DNA of 45,695 nucleotides from Mesotaenium endlicherianum (taxonomy: Eukaryota), in NCBI GenBank assembly GCA_009602735.1, contig WELA01001605.1:3120-48814 (forward strand), read 5' to 3'. The notes below the pieces were generated by a model. The model ran no database searches. It saw nothing but the letters and a program-made list of their open reading frames with translations, and was not told the DNA's origin. Shown in pieces: positions 12,712 through 22,700 of this stretch (the stretch's first letter is position 1; the number at the start of each line of letters is the position of its first letter). Made by a program: the position numbers and the translations under genes.

Positions 12712-15700
12712 ATGAGAGTTACAAATGGCCAAGATCCGTCATTCCATGTCAAACACAAATTGGGTAGGATGTCGACAGTCGCCCACACAGAGAGTCAGAG
12801 GGAGAGAGAAAGAAAGAGAGGGGGAAAAGGAAAGAGGGAGGGAAGGAGAGAGAGTGTGCGTGCGTGTGTAAATGAGAGAGAGAACGAGGGAGAAAGAGAG
12901 GTTGGGGGGGGGGGGGGGGGGNNNNNNNNNNNNNNNNNNNNNNNNNNNNNNNNNNNNNNNNNNNNNNNNNNNNNNNNNNNNNNNNNNNNNNNNNNNNNNN
13001 NNNNNNNNNNNNNNNNNNNNNNNNNNNNNNNNNNNNNNNNNNNNNNNNNNNNNNNNNNNNNNNNNNNNNNNNNNNNNNNNNNNNNNNNNNNNNNNNNNNN
13101 NNNNNNNNNNNNNNNNNNNNNNNNNNNNNNNNNNNNNNNNNNNNNNNNNNNNNNNNNNNNNNNNNNNNNNNNNNNNNNNNNNNNNNNNNNNNNNNNNNNN
13201 NNNNNNNNNNNNNNNNNNNNNNNNNNNNNNNNNNNNNNNNNNNNNNNNNNNNNNNNNNNNNNNNGGGGGGGGGAGGGGGGAAGAGGCATATGGTAAGCAT
13301 CTCCAGCAGATGGCGCGTGTAGACGGGCAGGAAGGCGGGGGCGCACCTTCTGGGTGGAGGCATCGAGGGACTGCAGCAGCCTGTGGGCGCGCTCGGGCCA
13401 CAGCTGGAAAAACACGCGGAACCCGTGCCTGGCCGTCATCCTCACCTGCCCCCCTCCCCGCACATACACTTGCCTGTCAGGCGCAGCCTGCTGACTCCCT
13501 ACCAAAGTGGCTAGAATGGTCCCGAAGCATACTACCTTCACAGCTGCAAGAGTGCACGCGTGCGTGTGCGTTCAACTGGAAACAGATACCCAAGCGCGTA
13601 TGGCGCACGGTTAGGAGAACCAACAGGTACATGCGGTGCACATATCAATGTTTCATGCTATGTGTTTATGGAGAAACCGAGGCCCCTCGGAGAGTCACCA
13701 CCTAATCTTCATTGTCATGCAAAAGGAGGCGCGAGACATGTGCCAGGTGGCCGTCCTAGAACCACACAAGAGCGTGTGCGAGGGCAGGGAGGAAGCCCAA
13801 CCTCGCTCTCAGCATCGCAAACCCCGCTCTTGACAAAGCTCTCAAAGAGCGCCACGTGGCGTTGCACGTCGGGGAAGCTGCCCCACACTTTGAGCGCCAG
13901 CACGCCATACTCCGCGCACCTGCCCCGCTCCCCCCCCGCTCGCCAAGCAAGCGTTCCACGTCAGGGCGGCACAGCTCAGTGCGTGGTGACGCCAACAAGT
14001 GAGAGCGAGTCAGTTGGTGACAGATGTCGACCGGACGCACACACTACCCTTTGTGCGCTCCATCTTGCTTGAAATGCACGCACACACACATGTACACACC
14101 CACACGGGAACATGCACACATGCACGCACGCACATGCATATGATGTTGGCCCGTGGCTATACAGCCAGCCCTGACCATGCTCGGCACTTGCGTTGGGCCG
14201 AGTACAGATGGAGGAGGCAAAGCCCCGGCAACGGCTGCCTCTGCAACGACTCTCTATGTCCTGCTCAAGGGAAGCAATAGCGGTTCGAGCTGCACGGCCG
14301 GGGATGTAGACAGCTGGCAGCCCAAGGGGTGGCTTTTGTGGGAGGCGAGCCAGGGAGAGGCGCAGCTGGGCTGACTTCCACGTCAGCAGACACGCACAGA
14401 GTTCCACCCAGACACAAGGATTCTGAAACTTGTGTGCTGGCGCGCGGTGAGACAGTATTATCGAATGTTGGGTTGTGTGGCGCACAGGCAAGCGTGTTTG
14501 ACGCAAGCGTGTTTAACGCAGTCAGCATCTCTTTGCGCTGCCTTTGAGGGACAGCCGCGAAGAACGTCAAGGAAGTGGGCGTGGCAAGCAGGGCAAGCAA
14601 AAGGGAGGGGGGAGAGAGGGGNNNNNNNNNNNNNNNNNNNNNNNNNNNNNNNNNNNNNNNNNNNNNNNNNNNNNNNGGGGGGGGCGCACACCTGGTGCGC
14701 AGGAGGGGGCTTTTGTCGTGCACGGCCAGGTCCAGCAGGTGCGGCACGCTCCTTGCCACCCGGCAGTTCATCAGCAGCTGCTCTCTCGCTCGCATGGACG
14801 CAGGCACACAGGGGTGCCTCACATCAGTTGTAAACAGAACATGGAATCACGGTCTTTCCCCTCCTTGTGCACGCTGTGCGTGTGCGTGTGCGCCTGCGCG
14901 TGTGTGTGTCCATGTGCGACAGTAGTGACTGTGTGCAACCGTGTGTGAGTGTGTGAGTGAGTGAGCGCGTCCGCGCGTATGTGTGTGTGTGTGTGTAAGT
15001 TTGCAAGTGTGCGTGTCTTGTCTGTGAGTCTCCTTGTGTATGTACGCGCGCCTGCATAAGTGTGTGTGTTGCACTCAGGCTGCCAGAGACTCGGGGCGCC
15101 CGGAGGCCCTGGCATGGATTTGGCCAAGGTCCCATATGGGGAGCATGCAATATTTCCTTAATCTGAGCACAAGCAGAGAAGGCTTGCCCTGCAGACTCCA
15201 ACGAAAACAAACTTTGTGCACTCTGACACAGGTTGCACACATAGGGCACAGTGGGGCAAGCGCTCCGGTGCTTGATGGAGGATACATCGCATCTATCTCT
15301 ACTGAGGACAAGTGGCAGGCCTATCACGATGGTCTAGACTGGCAAGTCAACATATGGGAAGCTGGCAGGAGCCCCTCCATGGCTCCTGATACATAATTTT
15401 CTTCCCTGTTTGAGCCAGAAAGGGGACCCCCGGCTAGGATGCAACCACAACGACCACCCACAGGACCAGCTCTGCTCGACGTCGCTCGAATCTGACTCCC
15501 TCAGTATGCTTGTTATCGCTCACCCTCCCCCCGCTTGTTGCTGAAGAGCCACTGATCAGACAACACATACACATGCACATGTACGTACGCTAGACGAGAG
15601 ACGCCTGTAAACAAACTTGGTACATACATAGATAAGGATAACAGATGTGGGACGCCTGTGCTCTTACAGAAAGCATACGCCAGGCGATTACATGCAGGAG

Positions 15701-18086
15701 GCACCGAGAGGTGGGACCACAGCACAGAGGGCTTCGCTTTGCCAGCTCACCGTCCTGATACACGTGTCGGCAGACTCAGCGATGACCTGGACTGTGATCA
15801 CCACCAGCTTGCAGAGAACCTGCCAGTTGACAGAACCTGACCGTGAGAAGAAACAGAGGTGCATGCATAGCGCCCACATGCGCCCACACACAGACGGGTG
15901 CATGCACATGCCTGTGTGACGAGTGCAGGAAGCAAACCGCGTGCAAATGGAGTCTTGCACCTAACTCTCCACGCATCGCGAGGCAGAGATACTTGTTTTC
16001 AGCACTCCCTCATGGACCAGCATTAAACTTCGAAATACGACTCGAATCGGACGCAATTTTGAGCACTGAATGGGGACTGAGGCCTGACTTGGACACGCAC
16101 GTCCTCTTTGAGACCTGGAAAAGAAGGAGGAGGTTTGGGGGGGGGGAGAGGGGGGGTCTCACAGGAATGAGCATCTCAGCGCACGATTCAAACTCCCCCT
16201 TGAGTTCCGCCGAGAGCAGATCGAGCAGTTGGCAGACCTGCAGCAGGCAGTGCCGCTATTTTGAGGGTTGTGACTGTGTTGAAGTTCCATCCGTCACTAT
16301 TGCAAGAGCTGTCGGTCACTCCAGCCGAGAACTGACTGACAGCACCGGCCATGCGTTGCCTGTGGACGGTTCTCTCGAAAGGGGACCACCAGATGACATC
16401 ACATCAGTGGGGAGGAGCTGGAGCATGCCCTTCAGGTGCAGCGCCAGGCCAACTACTCCTGCGTGCGCAGCCCGGTGCAGCCTGCTGATCTTGACTTGGA
16501 GCCGGGAGTGCGCGCCACAGTCGCTGTGAACAGGCGGCCGGATGCAGTGAACTCCCTTGCTGCTGGTAGAAAGCAGCACAGAGAGATGGCTGGCTGGCTG
16601 GCTGGGCTCACGGCACGCACGCGCACATCACCAGCCCATGGTTGGCTGAGGCAAACCGGGTGCTCTCTTCAGCCATGCTGCCAGGGCCAACTAGCCCCGA
16701 TGAACCAATTACCGAGCATTAAGCACACGTAGGAGAGTGCAAGGCCTTCCGACTCTGCACTACTCAATTTGCAGCTTGGCTCCTGGAGGTAGGCTCTGAG
16801 GGAGGTTTTATTCAGGCGGGGGCTGATGACGCCGTCCGTCCCCACCCTTAGATCAGAGGCAAGGTGACCTTAGAAGGTGCAGATGGGAATGGGTGGAGTA
16901 GAGTGGAGTGAATTGGAGTGGCGTTATACCTGCTTGACTATGCTCGAGCGCCTGTCGGAGAGCTGCACCTTGAAGGGCGCCACCAGCTGCCTCAGAAGCG
17001 TCGGGAACGCCGGGTACCGCTTTGCGCCTGCGTCACACGACGTCGGGTCCTGTTCAGACAGGCTTTGCAGCCGACTAGCTGAAGCTCCAGGTGGAGGCGG
17101 GCCACTAGATTCATGGATACATGGGAATCAAGCTTTGGGCGAGGCAGGCGGAGGACTTTGCGGTATGATAAGGGTGGGCAGATGAAGAGATCCCCTCACG
17201 CAGTCCTGCTTCCCCACGTGGTGGCTGAGCTCAGCCCTGTGCATGCGACAGGCCCTCGACTCTCTTTCCTGCTTGAGAGGCTCTGTTCGCCACGGGAGCA
17301 CAACGAGAAGCTGCCAGGCAGGCGTGATACTGAGTGTGGGAACTTTAAGCTCTATGCTGTTAGTGTCAGCCATCACGCTGGTCCAAGTTTCGGCTGTCAC
17401 GAATTCCAATACTGTGTCTGTGCGCAACCCAGCTGCGGCAGCTCAGTACGCCTCTTCTGAGCCCTCTCTTAACTTCTACAGCCAACTTAGTAGACACAAG
17501 ATGCTGCCAGTAGGTCTGCCTCCAGCAGACACGTATGTGCATTGTCGTTTGATTCACTACCACTGCACCATACCCCGTCCCCACCCGCCCAATTCCTTGA
17601 GAAGAACCCGCCACGCCCCTGAACAGCGCTGCCTCTCACAACTGCATGCTCAAACACAAGCAACTCTGATCTACTATCTAGTCCGCGGCCGCAGGACATG
17701 ATGTAAGTCATATGGCTATGTGATAATATGGTATGGCTTACATCCCTACGGGCGTGTCTGTGAGCAGGTGATTCAGAAATGCTAGAGGTTGGGAACTCTT
17801 GCATCTGCATTGGGTGCCCTGTATCTCTCGTGAAAGGCATGCAAAGCTGGCTGAGGATGCATGCAGGAGTGCTTCGTCAGAGCGCCATAGGCCGAAAATA
17901 TGACCAGCGGTTTGTGCAGTAGGAGGAAGTTACGCTCATACCTCCTGCAACGATCCCTTGGAGCCTCTGCAAGGCAGCCAGTCGAGCTGACCAGTCCTTA
18001 TCGGTTGCAAGCATGCTCCCAGCTTTCTCTATCTCCCGGATGAGGTCCTTCTCCGAATACACCTCGATAACTGGCACTCCCTCCAT
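1111..18086 (-). CDS. CLASP: CLASP (CLIP-associated protein) microtubule regulator, multi-exon; TOG2-like, TOG3-like and C-terminal HEAT domains
   Basis: GT-AG exons read by eye: 17942-18086 (MEGVPVIEVYSEKDLIREIEK..DKDWSARLAALQRLQGIVAG), 16930-17027 (..LLRQLVAPFKVQLSDRRSSIVKQ), 16163-16237, 15751-15819 (VLCKLVVITVQVIAESADTCIRT), 14692-14777, 13802-13919, 13347-13445, 12245-12439 (YIREEGD), ~11010-9870 (..SDWLVRVETLNRLQ), 9276-9382 (DAHHKVSQAAL), 8280-8581 (LPHLFARLIDAKE..LRSLEEQR), 7377-7561, 4816-6816, 4245-4358, ~3454-3519, 2947-3015, 2293-2361, 1698-1799 (VLPSLFATFG), 1111-1233 (AVALCLVKIRAALGDDLKPYLEALSQKQHQLMALYA..TGA). These match the conserved blocks of plant CLASP as I recall them. 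Small exons between 12245 and 11010 and between 4245 and 3015 are unresolved. Confidence 0.92.
3372..3414. repeat. (CA)n microsatellite in a CLASP intron
   Basis: Perfect CA run. Confidence 0.95.
6848..6887. repeat. (CA)n microsatellite just upstream of a CLASP splice acceptor
   Basis: Perfect CA run ~30 nt from the acceptor at 6817. Confidence 0.95.
12681..12710. repeat. (CGTG)n tetranucleotide microsatellite
   Basis: cgtgcgtgcgtgcgtgcgtgcgtgcgtgcg. Confidence 0.9.
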
Positions 18087-19740
18087 TTTTTATAAGTATG
18101 ATCTGCACACTTCACTGCGCAAGGTCTAAGACATTGACGAAGGCCTGCAGGATATGCATAATGACACTCTTTGATACTGAGCAGACTTAAGTCATCTAAT
18201 GACAGTGTACAGTTGGGTGATTTAAGGTTGACAGGCTGACAAGTTGACAGGGCGACAGGTTGACAGTTTGAGGCAGCCATTCCTTGGTTCGAAAACTTGG
18301 TTTTGTGATAAAACGATGTACAGCTGGCCACCACAAGACGCCAGCTTTTTGATGCAAGACTCCTTTTGCGTGCAATGTAGCCATAGGCAAGAAAAGTCGG
18401 AATGTGGTAGAGCTCCGGAAGGCTTGAGTTAGACGAGTTGCTTAGTGAAATACATTTTTACATAAAATACGAGGGATAAGCGTGATCCCTTCCAGATAGT
18501 GGAATAGGAGGCGTTCTCCACGTTGTACGGTCGTGTAAGTAACTTGTTCAAGGAAGCATGTCACGTTTACGTCCTAGAATGAAAAATCATAACGAGGGTA
18601 GATTTCCCCTACATTACTGACCGAGGAAAAGTTGATGCCTTTCTCCAATTTTGAACGCCCTACAAGTTGGGCACGCTCGATACCGCTGATTGCAAGTCAA
18701 GGGTGTATATGACCATCATTGCACCTACGGCAAGGTGGACAGATTTGTTGTTATGACCAAGGTGATGTCGTTTCTCAATCACTACCTCCGTCAGTGATAT
18801 TCTCTACCCTCGGTCTTGACATCCGCAGCATGGGACTACACCTGGAAATGCTGCATGCGCATACAGAGCTGATTGTACTTCTGCAAGGGATCGGTGAATA
18901 TGCAAGATGCATCAACTGGGGGACAATGCTGTGAAGTCAAGATGATGTCGCGAGGTCCTACGCTGCATATTTCTGTGCAAAGTTGCTGCTTCGCTCAAGT
19001 TTGCTTGCAACGCACTAGATCGCTGCGCTTCTTTTCGGGCGTCACTACCAGTCACTCACTATACGAATCACTACAGGGGTTGCTACAAATTTGAATTTTG
19101 GTTCTGCCTTCCTTTGTCGGTGTCTGCTTCAAATCTGCACGCATGTTCAAGCATGTCTGACTATATTTCAGAACCATGCACGCAAATTTATGCCGTCCGG
19201 CTTGTTCAATTGACCATTAGGTAACTGCAAGGCAGATTGTGGACGGCCGTTAGAAAGGCTTGCATGCATCGTTCAGTAGATGAGTATGGACCTTCATGTT
19301 ATTTCGGAGTTTGCTCCAATATAATTAATTCATACGCCCTTTTTTTTTTTTTTTTCATACAGGGGAGTGATCGCAAGATCGTTGTGTCGGAGTCTTTTAG
19401 AGGAAGCGCATTGAGATCTGCGAAACATGCATTCTCATGCGCATATTTCTTAAGATCTGGCCATAGCTCCTGGCAGGTTCTCGTGTCTCTTGGCCCGCTC
19501 GCATCCTAGATGTGAAGTGTGTTTTTCGCTGTGACTCGAAAAGAATAAGTTCTGGTACTTCAACAGGAAGAAAAGGAACAGTTGACGTGCGTGCTCGGAA
19601 AGTGAGTGCTTTGGGTGTTTTACAGAGAACAGAGATACTAGTCGGTACGGTCATCCTCAGAATTTTGTGACCATATAGATCGCAGAATAGCATGCAGATA
19701 ACAGGGTGCTGATCAGCATGGCATGCAGAAGTCATCAAGC
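18087..19740. promoter_or_regulatory. Divergent (head-to-head) intergenic/5'UTR region between CLASP and UBP24
   Basis: The start codons point away from each other 1.65 kb apart. The region is AT-richer than the flanking genes and contains a T-run acceptor ending ..catacag at ~19340-19361, suggesting a UBP24 5'UTR intron. Confidence 0.55.
18226..18273. repeat. 8-bp tandem repeat (consensus GGTTGACA) x5-6
   Basis: ggttgaca ggctgaca agttgaca gggcgaca ggttgaca gtttgagg. Confidence 0.8.
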
Positions 19741-22700
19741 ATGACAGGGAAGGTACGTGTTCATGCATTTGCTTCTTAGAAGGTCTAGGTGTTCTGGTAC
19801 ATCTTTCTTAATCCTCATTTTTCCAGTGCATTGGTTAGTGCTTGTATTGTGGCTCTAAAATATTTGCGGCAAAATAAGTCGAAGGTGCTCCATGTCTTCT
19901 GCTGCTTGGTTTGCCTTGTGGATGCATATCTCCTCGATCCCAGGTGGTTTGTAGTTATACGAGCTTCAGGTGTTTAAGGTTTTGCTAATGAGGCTACTGC
20001 ATCTTCGAAGAGGCCTGGGAGAGAGATAAGGCCGAGTTGGGACCTTTTTCTCACGATGGGAGGGTGGGATACTTGCCTGCACGCAGGTCTTTCTGTTTGG
20101 TTCTTTTTCGGAAGATGAGTCCACTCGTTACCAATCTCGGCCACCTGCTGGCAGCGGGCCACCGGACTTGGACGGCACAGTTGAAGGAGGAGCTGCTATA
20201 GTCATCTCTGGTGACACTAAGGACCCACTTGCTGCACCAGACCATCCAGCAGTACCCCAGTCCTTTGGCACTGCGAACCCTGAACCCCCCCCTCAGCAGC
20301 AGCACCCTCAGCCAGTGACTCATCCTGGGTCTGTAGCAGCATCTGGCTTTGCACTCCCCCAAGCTCAGTCTCCGGAGGGTTTTGGCCAGCGGCCCGTAGA
20401 GCAAGTGCATCATACTCCACCCAAAAGCGAAGCTGAGCTGCATTTTCCTGGTGTGAATGGGGTGCCTGGCAATAGAATCGTCAATTTAGGACCTTATGAG
20501 ATCTATCATGGGGGCAATCTGCCCCCATGGATGACCCAGGGTGGGTATGTCCCCCCACCTGCTCTTGCACAAAACCCCCTGCACCCTCACCCTCACAACT
20601 ATCCCCAGCCCCACCCACACGCCCACCCCTTGGGGCCCCCGATATATGGACTTCCAGGGCAGCCAATGGGGAGTGGCAGTCCCCCTTGGGGAGGAGGGAC
20701 GATTGGACCTTACCCAACCCCTGGAGGGACGAATGTGCAAACAAATCTGCCCTCAGCACCTGCCTGGCAAGGTCAGGGAGGGGTGGCAAATCCTCCCATG
20801 CACATCCCAGTGGATCCCAGAATGCTAGGCCTCCCCAGGGTGCCAGGCAGCGTCTATGCTGGCCCACCTGCTTTTCGAGGGCCACATGGCGGTCCCTACT
20901 TCTATCCGCCTGGTGCCGCACCTGCTGACGTGGCAGGAACTCGCCCGGGGTTTGTGCCAGCCTTTGTGTCGGAGCCCGCGTATCCTTCCATAGGTGCTGG
21001 AAGTGTAGGGCCGCAGCCTGGACTGGCTATGCAGCTGCCAGGTGGCATGCCCACTGTGCCTTACCTGCCAGATGGCAACCCCCCTATAGGTGCTAGAACT
21101 TCCGGCAGTGGGGTTCCACCTCTCATGGGACACTTGGCACCTGTTGAGCACTTTCGAGCTTCTCCTGATGTTGCCCGGCCATACGCGGAGGTTCAGGGTT
21201 CAAGCAGTGATGCAAAGCCGCAGCAGCAGCAGGCATATCAAGGTTACGGGCGGGACCTTACGAGTCATAGAGGGTCTCCTTACGTGGACAGACAAGTGGC
21301 TGTGGGCACAACACCACCACCCCAGGGTCCTGATTATGCGCACACGCGCGCGACAGGTGGCAGGAGCGACATGGGCAGCAGCAGCGGCAGCGACGGTGGC
21401 ATCCTGTTTGGGAGTGTGGCACCCAATGGCAGCTCCTCTGCTGGCGAGAGGCCAGCACTGGCGGCCACTGTGGGTACGGGCATGGCGGGTGCTCCGCCTG
21501 CCATGCGGGCGGATGCCATGTCAGCAGCTCAGGGCTCCAGCTACGGGGCGGTGCATGTTGGCATGGGCCCTGTTGCCAGGACGCAGCTGCAGGCTGCTGA
21601 GGCCCCTCTGTCACAAGAGCCTGAACTTTCTGCAGCACCCGGACGCAGCACCCAGGTGTCACAAGGAGGCAGCCCGGGTTTTGGATCTGCCTCGGTTGCA
21701 CCTGCTCCTCCTCCACCTCCTGCTCACGCAGCAGCAGCAGCAGCAGTAGCTGCTCCAGCTCGTAGCTCTATACCTGCCCCTGCCCCTGCCCCTGCTCCTG
21801 CTCCTGTCCCTGCTCCTGTCCCTGCCCCTACTGCTGCTCCTATCCCTGCAGTTGCCCCTGCCCCTGTCCCTGCACCAGCTCCTGCACCTGCTCCACCTGC
21901 TGCCCGTAAATCTTGGGCAGCCTTGGTAGGCGTGCAGCAACAGCCGGCCGGTGCAGGATTTGCAACCAAATCGCCTGTGGGGAGCCCCAGCAGGTCCTGG
22001 GGAGGGGCGGCCGAGCCTGCGGCAGACGGACGAGCAACACTTGGCGGCCCGGGCCCTTCCGCCGCCACGAGAACCGCACCCCCTGCGCCCTCCTTTGGCA
22101 GCCAGAGCATGGCCACGAAGGCAACAGGTGGCAGCGCTGGAGGGGAGGCAGTGCTGGAGCACCTCCAGGTGGAGGGCTGGCAGCGCAGCCTGAGAGAGGC
22201 GCAAGATGGCAGGCGGCTGCAGCTGCAGCCGCGGGGGCTGCTCAACACGGGCAACTCGTGCTTCCTCAACTCCACGGCGCAGGCGCTGCTCTCCTGCTCG
22301 CCCTTCCTGCACCTGCTGCAGCTCCTCTCCTCCGCCCAGCTGCCGCCCGTGAGTGTGCCCTCCTGATTGCTGCTGTTGGCGCAGCCGTGGTTGTGTGTTT
22401 CTTCTCGTCGTGGTTGTCCCTGTTTGTGCTTCCAGGTACTGTGTTGGGCCTGAGCGAGGGTTGCTGTTGTCCAGGCAGCAGACACATGTCGTCCGTTGCA
22501 TTGCCCTGAAAGAGAGCAGCGCTACAGTGGCCAAAGCACGGACAGAGACGAGCCCCACAGCTTTGTGTACATGCATGCGCACTTGGGCATGCGTACGTGC
22601 GCGCCTGCCATGGCGACCTGTTCTACATTCTGCTTCATCTGTTGGCCTGGCCCAGTATAGGGCGGCGGGGGAGCGGGAGGGGGGGGCGGCTGGGCTCCAT

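Noticed and set aside
21761..21778. SxIP-like EB1-binding motif (RSSIP) in UBP24, and SRIA in the CLASP linker
   Set aside because: Four-residue matches in low-complexity sequence are expected by chance, and SRIA is non-canonical.
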